DNA of 63,394 nucleotides, the filler included, from Olpidium bornovanus S191 (lineage: Eukaryota; Fungi; Olpidiomycota), in assembly GCA_017911155.1 (NCBI GenBank). It is 31 parts of 31 records of this genome, joined end to end, with 100 filler letters (N's around TTAATTAATTAA, not from the genome) between each part and the next. Parts side by side here need not be neighbours in the genome. Positions count along the whole stretch, not along the records: positions 1 to 1,974 come from JAEFCI010000264.1; positions 2,075 to 3,347 come from JAEFCI010005098.1; positions 3,448 to 4,874 come from JAEFCI010012548.1; positions 4,975 to 9,022 come from JAEFCI010010929.1; positions 9,123 to 12,246 come from JAEFCI010010437.1; positions 12,347 to 13,691 come from JAEFCI010001642.1; 25 more parts are not named here. One strand, 5' to 3'. Made by a program: the position numbers and the translations under genes. The notes beneath the pieces are model-generated. The model saw only the letters and a program-made list of their open reading frames with translations, was not told the DNA's origin and ran no database searches. Shown piece by piece: positions 1 to 12,455 of this stretch (the first letter of the stretch is position 1; the number at the start of each line of letters is the position of its first letter).

Positions 1-2174
1 CGCAGACACTCTGCACCCGTACCGTCCGTGATAAAATTCGCCGGATCTCTCGCTCGTGGAGACCCTACTCCATCACACGTATTTCCCGGTAACACGGAAT
101 GCAGTCGTGAGGTGCATGCTGATTGCGTTTCCTCCGCCACCGCCAGTCGTCTCCGTTCTCAGTGCTCCGTTTCTCGGCCGTCTCGTTCTCCCTCCTGCCC
201 GGCAGCCGTCGTGCGTTCTGCCGCGTTCCTCCTTCGCTGGCTCGTTACTCACAGCGCCCTTGTTTCCGGAGGCGGCGGGGCGCGGGTGCGGCGGATGCGG
301 GTACGGCGGCGCGCGTCCCGGCACGTGACCCGCCGGCCGAGAGGCGCGAGCCTCGGAAACCCGCCAGCCTAGATCCGCTGCGGGCGGAGCGCATAAAAAC
401 CCGCCAAAGAAAACCCTCACAAAAAAAAAACAACTGAACCCAGCCAAACTTGTGATCTGCAGTGACGCCGAAGCAACAGGACGGTCTGTGGCCGCGCCGC
501 CGTCCGGCCGGTCGGGCGGGCCGCCGCTGGCCACGGACAACAGGGCAGGAAAAGGACCATTGACGCGCGTGGTCTGGCCTCCTTTCTGCTCCCCGGCCCC
601 GCCCTCTTTCTGCTTGCTTTCTGTGCTCTCTGGCATCCCGTTATTTTTTTTTTGGTTCGGAACGACGGTCTGCCATCAACGGCTGCTCGCGCAGCCGCGT
701 TCTCTCTTCTCGAGAGGGTTATGTCAAAAAAAAAAATCCGACCCCGCCCACTTCCTGTTGTTTGTTCGTTTAACAGGCGAGGCCGCCCGCGTCCATGACG
801 CTGTGCCCGTTGTGGTCGCCTAACCGTGACTCCCCCGGCTGGTGTCGGAGGAGCGGCGAGGTAAGCGAAAACGTCGCTCACTGACAAACTGCACCTTGCC
901 TGGCCTCTTTTCCAATTTCTGCAATCAGCACAACCCCTTCGCCGCGGCCATCTAAGCGGGGTCGCCGACAGTGCCCTTGGTAAGTGACTGCCTTGCTCCG
1001 GGCAATTATCGGCGACGATAGTGGCGTATCATGATATGATGTAGGACCTCGCCCTTCAGACTGTTCTGGAGCCCCCGCCCGAGGTTAAGCAGCAAGTCGC
1101 CCAAGAATCGGAGGCCGCGGAGGAAGTCGAGGAGCCGATGGAGGCGGTCGGAGAGGACGACTTCGCATTCGTCCCGGTGTCTCATGGTATACGGTTGTGT
1201 CAATTTGTTTTTCCCGCAAACTGTTTTTTGGGGCCAACCGTGCTTTGCTCGGGTGTTCTTCCAAAGCCGGCGGCCGAGGAGACGTCTCCGGAGCCGTTGA
1301 CCGACTCGGAGGACAACCAAGAGGAGGACTTCAAATTCGTCCTGTTATGTGTCATCTCCTACATCGACCACGTCAGGTTGTTCTCGCAAACTGTTTGCGG
1401 ATCGCCGAACTGATTTCATGCTTCGCGTGGGTTCTCGTCGAAAGCTATTCGACTGAGATGGTGTTATGGAACTGACTACTTTTCCCGAACCCCACATGTC
1501 GGAGGTATCGTCCGCTTTCACTGATTCTGCAGCTATTTAAGGTCACCTCCACGAACAAATTAAAAACGGATCGCCCCTCTCGGATCATGAGTCCGTTAAT
1601 ATCGTGCACTCCTATATATGTATATTTCAGGCAAATACCAGAGTGAAATACCATATCATATAATGGATATTCTACCAGTATATATTTTACACTTACGCTT
1701 ACCTCTATTTTGGATACCAATCCTGTAAAAGCACTGTAAAGGTACTTTTGAGTAGAATTCAATCCTTAATTATATGTTTCCTGAACGATGTTCTCTACAG
1801 GTCGTTTACAACCTTTGCAGCATCGTTCATATTCCGTACGCGTCAGCTGCTGTGTTCCCTACCGCTCCGTTGCAGAAACCTGACACGGCGCTGCTTTCTG
1901 CTAGGAGACCGGGCCACCGCACGGAAATCCGGCGCCAAAAGGAGGGCACCTCTCCACACTGCGAGATGCATGTANNNNNNNNNNNNNNNNNNNNNNNNNN
2001 NNNNNNNNNNNNNNNNNNTTAATTAATTAANNNNNNNNNNNNNNNNNNNNNNNNNNNNNNNNNNNNNNNNNNNNCATGAAGTTAAACTAAGGCAACGGGC
2101 GGCGCAACGAAAAGGGAGGGAAAAAATTAAACCAGGACGGCCAGCTTGTGCCGGTAATGTGTCTGAAATTACTC

Positions 2175-3065
2175 CTAAAACAGCGGCGGGGCGGACGAGC
2201 TGAAGTTCGAGTCGGCGGAGGTCACCGACGACCCGCGCACGTGCTGTGGCTCGGCCATATCTCCAGCCAGCAGGCTAAGGCTAGCTTCCACGTTTTCCAG
2301 CTCCGCGAGGTTGGCTGCGACTGCCTCCGCCTTTCTCTGGGCCGAGATGCGGGAGGTGTTGACCACCCGCACGGATCCGGCGTTCTGCGGTAGCGCAGTT
2401 GTCATTTGTGTTCGATAGGACGGTGAATTTGGCAGCGGCGAGTATGGAGGGGCCGGCGATTTCGGAGAAGTGCTTCCGTTAGTCGCGGGGGTGGCCACTT
2501 TCAGAGACGACGGACGTCTCAAAACGCTCTGGCCGCCGCTGTTCCGGGAGGCGGAGGCGATGGACCTCCGGTACGCAGCCGGCGCATTGACGTCCGGGGA
2601 GATGGTCGGTTCCCTCCGGGGAGACGCGGGAACTGCAGCGGCGCTTGCCACGGCGGCCTTCGCATTCTCTGAAGAGATTTCCGGCATTTGTCGTTTTGGC
2701 TCTTGTTTTGCCGTAGCAGGCGGGTTCCCGCCCGCAGCATCCTTCTTTTCCGGTGCCGCCGCTACTTTTGGCTCTTGCTTCGCCCTAACCGTCGAGGTTC
2801 CGCTTGCTAATTCGCTTGCGTCGGCCTTTGCGCTCTTTACAACGGTCCGAGTGATAGCGTCGACTTTCGCGAAGGGCTTACTGGACGCCCCCGCCGCGTT
2901 CGCTTTCCGCTTGCTCAGCAGTTTGTCCAAGTCGCCCCATTCCTCAAACTTGTCGCCCTCCCTGGCCGACGGATCTGCCAGCCGGTTTGCAGCGCAGCAC
3001 GCCGCGATCGCCCAACCGATCAGGAGTGGGGACAGCAACACGACGGAAAACCACGTGGCATCCAC
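2175..3065 (-). CDS. Hypothetical single-exon protein with N-terminal hydrophobic anchor and long disordered Ala/Ser/Pro/Lys-rich tail
   Basis: 296-aa ORF starting MDATWFSVVLLSPLLIGWAIAACC, followed by low-complexity sequence with AKQEPK repeated twice. No family recognised. Confidence 0.5.
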   Translation of the reverse strand: MDATWFSVVLLSPLLIGWAIAACCAANRLADPSAREGDKFEEWGDLDKLLSKRKANAAGASSKPFAKVDAITRTVVKSAKADASELASGTSTVRAKQEPKVAAAPEKKDAAGGNPPATAKQEPKRQMPEISSENAKAAVASAAAVPASPRREPTISPDVNAPAAYRRSIASASRNSGGQSVLRRPSSLKVATPATNGSTSPKSPAPPYSPLPNSPSYRTQMTTALPQNAGSVRVVNTSRISAQRKAEAVAANLAELENVEASLSLLAGDMAEPQHVRGSSVTSADSNFSSSAPPLF

Positions 3066-3447
3066 ACCTCCGCTTTCGGCGGATTCGAAAGCCGCAAATG
3101 TTGCGTGTCGTCAGACCGCGAACAGGGTGGAGGGGCAAAAAAAAAAAAAAAAAAAAAAAGGCGGGCCACGCGCAAGCGGGAACCCAAACGCGTTTGAATA
3201 TTTCAACCCTTCGCGCGCCGCACCGCAATCGCTCCCCCAAAGGATCTGCCACGCCCGCGCCCCGGGCTTACGCGGTGGAAATGCATCCGTAGTTGATCAT
3301 TGCCTTGATATCCGTCGCAATCACCTTGCAGTTTGACAAGTCCATGANNNNNNNNNNNNNNNNNNNNNNNNNNNNNNNNNNNNNNNNNNNNTTAATTAAT
3401 TAANNNNNNNNNNNNNNNNNNNNNNNNNNNNNNNNNNNNNNNNNNNN

Positions 3448-4620
3448 CCGCCGAAGAAGTGCTGGACATTTGTAAACTGTCGACGAAACAGCGGCATCTG
3501 CAGCAGAAACCGCGTCAAAGGCCCAGAATTTCTAAATTTAGGATCAATCCTCACTCGGGCGCGACATGGGCGCACATTCTGACGTCTCCGGCGCCGTCGG
3601 CAGGCTTGCCATGATTTTTCCGGCCACTGGGACCGTAACTTCCCCGCAATGTGGCAGAATGAGGCGCACGGGTGCTCAATGACGGCGCGCAAGAACTCGA
3701 GGGCGCTTCGGCGTGGCATGCTGCAACCTAGCTTGCTTGAGGCAAGGACAAACGCACCTCACGGTCTCCAAGGAGAGCCCCGAGCTACCCCCACTTGCCG
3801 CACGTCTTCAGGCCATGACAATGCGTGCCCGGGCCATTTTTGCAACCCCTCTCAATCGGTCAGCAGCACTTTGAGAGCTCCCGGCACCGTCACCCTGTTG
3901 AGCAGGTTGATAAAGACCTGCTGTGGAGCATGCAGCCAAAAGACACGGAAAACACAAAAGAAAATCTCGTCAGAAAAAGCACAATTACGTGCCGTTACGA
4001 GTGTTTCTTTTTCACGGCAGACGATGGGAGGATGGTTCCGAGGGCTTGGGGCCTCCGCATCCACGGGGCCGGCTGCCGGAGGTCCATACCCTGCGCGCGC
4101 ACTCCCCCGCATCGCCAGCCGGCATACACGATGGAGGTTCCGCAAGGACGTCGTTCGGCAACCTCCAGGCAACGCTGCGGTAGCTTCGGGAACCTCTGCT
4201 CCGGTTGCCAGCCGTCAGCGACCCGCGCTCACACGGCACCCCGGAGGGCGCTGCCGTCGGACTAAACTTGCTCTCGGGCCGTGTGGCGTGACGCGCCGAC
4301 GCACACCCCGCGCCGGCCCCGTCCCAATTCCGTCCGTCCGCACCCTCGAGTTTCGCGCGGACGCCCCGCGTCGGCTGTTGTTCCAGTTTGCCAGGCGGCC
4401 AGACGCCTTCCGGGCGGGCGCCTACTGCGGCGGCAGCCGTCGCCGCAGCCGACGAGAGCTGCAGGGGCGTCAGCAACGAAGGAAAGGCTTTTTTCTCCAG
4501 TGCCGAGCGGGAGGGTGTGCCGGCGGGGGATACAGGGTTGGTTGAGGTTACTTTGGGCTTCGTCCTAGTCTCTGATGCCAAACGCCCCATCGCCGTCACT
4601 GCTTTTCCGCCCAACGGTTG
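3448..4620 (-). CDS. Possible hypothetical multi-exon gene fragment
   Basis: Open frames with plausible acceptors (e.g. ctgcag|ATG CCG CTG TTT, MPLFRRQFTNVQHFFG near 3500). No family recognised and exon structure unresolved. Confidence 0.2.
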
Positions 4621-4752
4621 CGCGCAATTTTTTTTTTTTTTTTTCGTGGCCGAAAAGTTGGGGAAAAGTGTGACAACCAACGTCCGGACGACGAGCGCGT
4701 CCGTTTGGAAGGAGCCGACCGACAAACAGGCGTGCAACAGGGCCCCCCCCCC

Positions 4753-4786
<34 letters not shown>

Positions 4787-4974
4787 CCCGGCGTTATCGC
4801 GACGCGGGCTTCCCGCGCAACACGGGGGAATCCCCGACGCGTCGTGGAACAAAAAAAGAACCAACTGGGGCGCGNNNNNNNNNNNNNNNNNNNNNNNNNN
4901 NNNNNNNNNNNNNNNNNNTTAATTAATTAANNNNNNNNNNNNNNNNNNNNNNNNNNNNNNNNNNNNNNNNNNNN

Positions 4975-6031
4975 CATGATGATGATGTTCTTCACCATTT
5001 CCTTCCCTTCGAAACGAACCCGTCAGAAGTGACAAACGTAATAAGTTCTATTGGTTATCAAAGGAACTAAGGTGAAAAACAACGTGCGACGCCTACCGAG
5101 GTAGTGATCAATCCTGTATATTTCCTCCTCAGACCACAACGAGCCAATCGACACAGCGAGCTTCCGACTGCTCTCCAAGTCGCGTCCAAAGGGCTTCTCA
5201 ATGACGAGACGGTTGCTTCCTTTAGTGGAATAGCAATTCTTCTTCAAGCCAGCCGCGACTGCGCTGTAGACAGTCGGGGGCAGGGCCATGTAGAAAACTC
5301 TGTGCACGACCGAGGAACGTTCCTCCAGCTCCTGAATCTTCTTGTTCAGCAGGGCCCACGACTCGTCATTGTCGTACGCCCCTGAGACATAGCTGCACTT
5401 TTTGAGAAATTCGTCCAGCTGGGGCTTGTTCTCGTCGAGACTCTTAATGTTCGACGTGACCTGCTTGACGAAGTCGTCATTTGAGAGCCGAGAACGCGCG
5501 TAGCCGACAATTTGCGTGTTCTTCGGGAGGAACTTGTTCTTAAAGAGCCCGAACAAGGCCGGGAACGTCTTCTTCCGCGCAAGGTCGCCACTGGCGCCCA
5601 AAACTGCGCGATTTGCGAGGGATTTGAGAGCGGAAGTTTGGTGTTAATTTGCGGAAGCCGTAGAGCTCTCTGCTCAACCATGGGAAAGGCTCGGTCCACA
5701 GGGCGGTCTCTCACAACATCTCGCGAGCCACGGCCGCAGCAACTTATTTTTTCTTTTGTTGCGTACACAGCCGAAAGACGCGGTGGCGCCACTACCCCCG
5801 CGCCGCTCGACAGTGCTGCACTCTTCTTTCTGCTCCGGCCCACGACAGGGCCGCGTCCTTTTGGGTTCCCGAAGCCGACTGGGCCACTCCCACGTACACG
5901 CCATGCTGGGAATCGCCTGCGCGACGCCACCCGGGCAACCTCACCGGCTCACCAATTATGGTCGTGTTCGCCGACACGCGCATAACGTTCTCCATCTCCC
6001 TTCCCTGGAACGACACGAGCTCCGGCTGCAT
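4975..6031 (-). CDS. ZWF1: Glucose-6-phosphate 1-dehydrogenase, 5' part (3 exons seen, truncated by contig end)
   Basis: Spliced TTII(V)LGASGDLARKKTFPAL...FYMALPP...RLVIEKPFGRDL...YRIDHYLG|KEMVKNIIIM. GT-AG introns at 5952-5604 and 5096-5007. The exact start ATG (6031) is uncertain. Confidence 0.97.
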
Positions 6032-7433
6032 GTCGCTCTTTCGTGTAGTGGGGAGTGGGCGCCGTTGCTTTTTCGGACGAGTACAGCCTGAGTTTACCTT
6101 GCGAAGCGCCAAAAGCACAGAGAGCAAGCCCGGGAATGCAAGAGAGGGGGGTGCGCGCGGGGGAAATGGGAGCAGGGCGCGCTGGCGGGACGGACGACGA
6201 GGAGGGGGATGGCGGCGGGGCGGGTCCTGGTCCTCGATGAGAGAAGACGTTTGCGGCGGGTCACGTGATGCGGACCCCACGAAGTGCCAGCCCATTTGCC
6301 ACGCCAGCCTTGGCGTGCCAGGGTTGCCCTGGTAATTTCCGCCGTTTGCGTAAAAATCGCTTTCCTTGCCACAAAACAGCAGCCCATCTGACGAAGTCGT
6401 ACCATGGTTGTTGCGTCATAATGATGCTTCAAGATTTTGATTCGCAGCAAACTCTAAATTATAACCATCTTCGAGTTCATCAGCGGGAGTGAGTTCGTTG
6501 ATTAGGGGAGCGTCTTTCATTGGCGGCCAGTAGTCGTCTGGGCGGAAGTCGTCCGCCATAACACCGTAGCACTCAGAAATATCATCGCCTACACCGTTCC
6601 AACAGCGACCTTTTGAGGTCCCGGGGTACCCCGTTGAAATGCAACGTTCAATATGTGGTGGTAATTAGTTTTCGCGGCCTCACTAAGAACATGTGCGTAG
6701 GCATAATTTCCCATTACCCAAAAGTGAGAAACATCCGTGGATGCGTAATGCGTGGGATCGAGGGAAGAAATCAGCAAAGAAAACCCAAATCGCATAATCC
6801 GGGCAACGGCTGTAACGGTTACACTGCAGTTATCCAAAATCTCTGGCCGAAGTTTTACCGCGCGGCCCAGAAAACGCGGCTGCCAGAGCGATTCAGTTTA
6901 CTAGAATGTCCTGGTTGGTGGAGCGCGTTTTTGCGCTGTGTTGTTCTCTTATTCGTTCTGTGCGTGCGAGGGAATTTTTTGCGAAAAGCCCAGGAGATTG
7001 CTGTCGAACAAAAACTCTCGCCGAGTCAGAAGCCGGAGAGTGAGTTGGCCGGCCCTGCGGCTCGCATTGTGGATGCTGCGCACAACGGATGCCGGAAAGT
7101 GGACGACCACGTGAAGAAAAGAACCGATGACGGAAACGGCAAGGTCAAGCGGAAGGTCACGTCTTCTGCAAGTAGTGTCCAGGTCAACGCCGTTGGTATA
7201 GCGACGTCGCGAGACGTTAACGCGTGCACGTGAATCGTTTGTGCCGAGGAGCAACCGGAGTCAAGGAGGCACGCACCAAACAAGGCACTGCCACTCCGGG
7301 ACCTGCCGAGCCGTTTGCTCCACACACAAGCCGTGGATGCTGCGTCAATTCGCCCCCTCCACCCCACCCCAAACGATCGGCAGAATTAGTGGACCGCCTT
7401 CGGCGACGACCGCTTCAAGCTTGCACTGACCGT

Positions 7434-7835
7434 ATGAACGTGGATAGCCGCTCTAGCAAGTCGCATCATTGGGAATGCCAAAGTCATGGCAGCACATCGA
7501 TAACCGAACACGAGGAACCGCTTGCGTACCATCGCCGACGCTTCGACGATGCAGTCCGCGCAGCAAGGGGAAGTTCCCATCGATTATGCGGATGGCGCCT
7601 TAAACTCAAAGAATGCCCTCTGTGTCCCGGGCGTGTGAGAAAGTCTTTCATCGACTCCAGTGTGACACTGAATGGCGCCGGCATTTGCATGGGCCCCAAC
7701 GGCGACGTATTCATTATTCAAATGAGTGACGCGCCGCGATGTGACGTCATCCGGGGTCATTGCTCGTGGGTGCCGAGGGCCGCGGCTTTTACATCGACGT
7801 GTCATCGAGCACTGGTCCTTTTGTCACACTCCTGA
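7434..7835 (+). CDS. Possible WRKY/GCM1-fold (FAR1/AFT/MULE-like) zinc-finger fragment
   Basis: WECQSHG...RGSSHRLCGWRLKLKECPLCP resembles the C-x2-x-G ... S-x3-C-x-W/F-R-L spacing of FAR1/MULE DNA-binding domains. The terminal HxH was not found. Confidence 0.2.
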   Translation: MNVDSRSSKSHHWECQSHGSTSITEHEEPLAYHRRRFDDAVRAARGSSHRLCGWRLKLKECPLCPGRVRKSFIDSSVTLNGAGICMGPNGDVFIIQMSDAPRCDVIRGHCSWVPRAAAFTSTCHRALVLLSHS

Positions 7836-8908
7836 CACCTTGACTGCCACCTGGCCGCCACGCGAGGGCGTGCTTTCCAGCGCGGGCCACCATGATCTCT
7901 GACACCGCCGCCTTGGTTGCCTCGGCTGACCTACTATGCGGAAACTCGACCCTACCGCCGCAGGCGTCAACGTTTGGCCGGCGACGGATGAGGACACCGC
8001 GTGTTAGCCATGTGCACTTGGCCACGCCCGACGCCTGTCCCACACGCGTCTTTGGCAGACCGGCCTGATCCCCCCACTCGGTACTGTCCTCAGTGCTGAC
8101 GTTTGCGGGCCGATTCGTGCTCGGAATCAACGGCGCGCAAGTGCGCGCTTGTCTACATCTGAAAAGACGTCTCGTGGCGTGAGCACACACGCCCATTACG
8201 TTTGCGCCTGGCTCGAACGCCACAAGGGTGCGCGCGGGCGCTGCGCAACCACAACTCGCAAGGGCGGCGAAAGCTTCGATTTCTAGCGCCTTCGATTGCG
8301 GTGTTACCTCGTTACTTTTGCATCGGAGGTCGTGTTTCGAATCGGGACCCCGGGCGCAGTAGGAACCCCCCCCCCCTTCCCACCGACCCACTTCGATTTG
8401 CCACACATCGGTGAGCCTCGTTCCCTCAGAAATACAGTAGCACCAGGGTTACCCCTGATACTAACTCTTTAAGATATTTTTTCTTAGACTTTTTGCCGGG
8501 TCTGCCTTGGTCACCCTAAGAGTTGGTATTGGTGACAGTAGGGGTGTGTTGAGGCCTGATTAGCTCTTGTCGCCGCCCTGTCCCCCGCCCCCCCTCCCCT
8601 TCCTTCCTTTATTCCTTGCCGGCATCTCCCTTATATATTTTTTCTTTTTGCGGCCGCCGGAGGAAAGGAATGGGGGCGTTGTGGCGGGCTGTGGCGTTGT
8701 GGCGGGTCTTGCCCGGCTGCACCCTATGAAATAGCGTGTGGGGCGGCGGGAGCGCGTGGCGGCCGACGGGGCTATGCCGCCCTACTTTCCTTGCCGGCAT
8801 CACGCGCGGCCGGCACTTTTTTTGTTTTCTTTTTCTTTTTCTTTTTTTTTCTGCGACCGCCGGTACATAGTACGCCTCCTTAAAACGAAACCAATGAAAA
8901 TCTGAATA

Positions 8909-8962
8909 TACAGTAGAACCTGTCTAAACTGCGTTTATCAGTTAATAGAGGTTATCAGTTAA
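8909..8962 (+). mobile_element. Putative Tc1/mariner-pogo-type terminal inverted repeat head
   Basis: TA|CAGTAGAACC followed by two direct copies of TTATCAGTTAA (8935-8945, 8952-8962). The partner TIR is not seen because the contig ends at 9022. Confidence 0.35.
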
Positions 8963-10586
8963 GCCAGTTCCACAGCAACTGCACAGCAGCCATATGTTTT
9001 GGCTTTTGCTGGCGACATCATGNNNNNNNNNNNNNNNNNNNNNNNNNNNNNNNNNNNNNNNNNNNNTTAATTAATTAANNNNNNNNNNNNNNNNNNNNNN
9101 NNNNNNNNNNNNNNNNNNNNNNATCCTGCTTGGGCCGAGCAGCTATATGTGCAAATTCGGAATAGGCAGGAATTTTCGCGTTGTTTGGCCGCCGGATTAT
9201 TATAACGTTCAACTTTCCACGACCTGCAGTCGAATGATGCATGGGTCAACGAGGCCTGCCGTCCTGGTTTCCCCCTGTTCAGATGTACAGCATCTATGCC
9301 GCATCTTTCCCTTTAGAGTCACCGCCACGGAGTTGAATGATGACGTCTAACAGGTGCGCTTCCGCGAACGCAAATCCTTCACGTCGCATACATTACGGGT
9401 CAGCAAAACCTGTTTCGTCATCGAGTCGCTCATCTGATAAATGCGGAACCGCCCAGCATCTTTTCACTGATATTCCAGAGTGCTGCGAGTACAATGCGTG
9501 CTCCATGCTCGACGTCGCACGATCGTGGTCCTTCTCAAACAGAAGTTGCCACCTATTTATTGGCACTCAGCAGGTCAGTCGATTGCGGCGACTAGATCCG
9601 CAGCCGGCAAGGGCATCAGCACCGAAACGAGCTCCTTCGCCTCGTCCGCTCTGCTTTATGTCGCAGTGCTCGTTCGCAGTTGCAAACATCCGGCGTTGCT
9701 AGGTGGCAACAGACCTGTCTAAAAACGCCCGCTAAGCGCATATAAGGCGCCACCTGCAACATCTTGATATTCGTTGCAAATCCAACCTGGTGCAGTCCTT
9801 GAACAGCCTGAATACGTCGTCGGCTTCTAAGTCGACTGCGTCCTTTTTGCCGCCCGTAGTCGACCTGCTCTATCGCATCCCGCAGCTTTTTTTCGGTCCC
9901 GTGGTATGCAGTGCTCGGACACCGCACTCAGCGGCGCTCGTTCATCGATTTGCTCTTGCGAATAATCCTGGACTTCCGCTGGTCTCTCCGCCTCTCCGCT
10001 TCTCTCTGACGTCACGGTTACAATTTTGAGAATCCTCTCCCAGGACGCACCGAGAAAGGCTCGGCAGGGCACCCTTCGTCTCCATGCACGGCACGCGGGC
10101 TCGGTCTGCTGATTCCTCGCAGGCGGCGCTGGTGCCCCTGTCGCGCCAAAGCCGCGCCGAACAGGATCGAACGCATCGGGTGCGCGCATGCCAGATCGGT
10201 GCTTCGCACATAAGAGAACAGGTTCTTTTTTTTTTTTTTGTTCGTTGCGCGTGGCGCCAGACCCGGGAGCCGCCGCGGGATTTCCGGCGAAACAAAACAA
10301 CCCCGGGAAAAGTAAACAACCCGCTCCGGTCAGACCACGAAAACGCACCTGTCGCGTACCCCGCGTTTTTCCCATGCCCTTCGGTGCCGGCGGCATCTTC
10401 ACGCTGCCCCAGAGCTTCTCCCGCCGCCGCTTATTCCCCACCTGCGCCAATCCCTCCGCCGCCGCCTTAGTTGCGCCGTTTCTGTCGTCCCTTGTCCGCC
10501 CTCGCCAGCGGGAACCACTCCTGCGAGGAGGCCGCCGTAAGGTGCTTGCTGGATCGAGCCGTGATCGCGGCAGCAAATCGCGCGCC

Positions 10587-12246
10587 ATGACCACGACCAG
10601 AAACTACGACGTATGATTTGCCTTTCACGTGGTCCGGAAAGAATGCGGTTCCTTGGAGTGGCTCATCCGCGTGGGCTTCCGCCCATCGGCCGTAAGGATG
10701 ACTGAACGCGCGTTTATTGCCGGGTTTCCCCTGCTCTGCTCGGATAAAACAGACGGCAGTCCAAGACCTCAACCAGTTGCAAAACAATGCGTCAGTCCTT
10801 GACGCGATTCGAAAATCCGGAGGCAGGATGAATGAGAGAAGCCTGCCGGAGATGCGCGATCACTGCCGAAGAATTGGATACGAGGTTCGCGAGCGGCGGC
10901 TGTGGTGCAGCGGCGCACTGATTTCAAACGCTGCTGGTCCCGCAGAAGCGAAGCGCAGCCCCTACCCGGAGCCTCGGCCTCAACGTCTTACGTCCCACAA
11001 CCCTTTTTTCTGCAGCCGGCAGACTTCGACGCCCTGAACCCCATTCACGTCACTGGCACGAAGGGCAAGGGGTCCACCTGCGCGTTGACGGAATCGATTT
11101 TGCGACGGTACCCGAAGCCGGGCGGAAACGGGGCGACACTGCGAACCGGTACGGCCACGCTTCGTTTCCCGCTGTCAGCAGGACATGGGCTCAGCACGCC
11201 TGCCGCGGTCTCGTGCGGTGAAACTCTGGTGCAGGGCTTTACACTTCGCCGCATTTGATGGCTGTCCGCGAGCGGATCCGAATCAACGGGGCGTTGCTAT
11301 CAAAGGAAAAATTTACAAAGTATTTTTACGACGTCTGGGACATGTGGAATGATCTGGACCAACAACAGGTCCGGACCATTTGAAAGGACTGAACTCGTGG
11401 CGTTGAGATATTTGAAATTTATTTTTTCGTGCGCTTGTCACTATCAGGTCTTGCCGCTTTCTGAGGATGCGCTCCCTCAAAAATGGAACCCTCGGCCGAC
11501 ATACTTTCGGTTCCTTACACTCGTGGCTTTCCACGCTTTCATGCAGGAGAAGGCAGGTGGCTGCTATTCGTGGGGAATTCCGCATGTCGCCGCGAAGCTG
11601 ACGAACGATTCACGACAGGTGGATGTTGCAGTTATTGAGGTCGGCGTTGGCGGCCAGTACGACTCGACAAACGTCCTGGTACATCCCATAGTGTGCGGCG
11701 TTACCAACTTGGGCTTGGATCATTGCTCTGTACTGGGCAAAACGGTGTCTGACATCGCGTGGCACAAGTCCGGAATTTTTAAGGTTATTTTCGCGCGCTT
11801 TTTGCGTATTGTGGATGCCGAGCGTTGTCGAGAAGATTTGTTTTCCAGTGCTGTCGCTTCGATGCATCTGATCTCGAGTATGCTGACGATGTGCACGCCC
11901 TGCCGCCGCAGGAAGGCGTACCTGCGGTGACGTTTCTGCAGCCGGAAGAAGGAATGAAAGTCCTTCGAACCAGGTCCAAGGAACTAAAGGTGAGCAGTAA
12001 AATGTTTCCCGACCTTCAATCATCCGACTGTTATTAATTCTGCTTACCTCCGTTTGCCGTCGAAGGCACCCTTTGTTGAAGCGCTTCCGTTATCAGAATA
12101 CTCGGGTTCCCCGCAGATTGGTAAGAATTTGCCGCGCGAGGTTGCCAGCGCCGCAACTTGCTGAAAATTTGTAGTACTGGCATCAAAGGACTGTCAGGGG
12201 AGCATCAGAAAGCGAATGCGGCGGTCGCGTTAACCCTCGCTCATGA
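10587..12246 (+). CDS. MET7: Folylpolyglutamate synthase (multi-exon, 3' truncated)
   Basis: MTTTRNYD|[12 protein letters not shown]...; [14 protein letters not shown]; [14 protein letters not shown]; [15 protein letters not shown]; [19 protein letters not shown]; [21 protein letters not shown]; [15 protein letters not shown] introns lie between these blocks. Confidence 0.95.
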
Positions 12247-12455
12247 NNNNNNNNNNNNNNNNNNNNNNNNNNNNNNNNNNNNNNNNNNNNTTAATTAATT
12301 AANNNNNNNNNNNNNNNNNNNNNNNNNNNNNNNNNNNNNNNNNNNNCCAGAAGCGTTTGGTACGTTTCGACGCTTGCGGTTCTTCGACCGTTTCCCCCTC
12401 CCCCGAGGCTCCGTTGTACTGAGAAACACTTGTCTCGTTTGCGCGAAAAAAATAG

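Noticed and set aside
1040-1413. Acidic ORF with two EDDFAFV/EEDFKFV (LIR/AIM-like) motifs in an imperfect 170-bp duplication
   Set aside because: No reliable start or exon structure; four-residue LIR matches are too degenerate to support a call.
1560-1790. AT-rich patch as a retrotransposon RT/RNase H remnant
   Set aside because: No recognisable RT, RNase H or integrase motif in any frame I could read.
9336-9437. Box C/D snoRNA candidate (ATGATGA...CTGA)
   Set aside because: No terminal stem and no recognisable guide; such motif pairs occur by chance.
9440-9960. Spliced minus-strand gene (DLEADDVFRLFKDCTR|WQLLFEKDH)
   Set aside because: Exon phases could not be joined to a start codon and no family was recognised.
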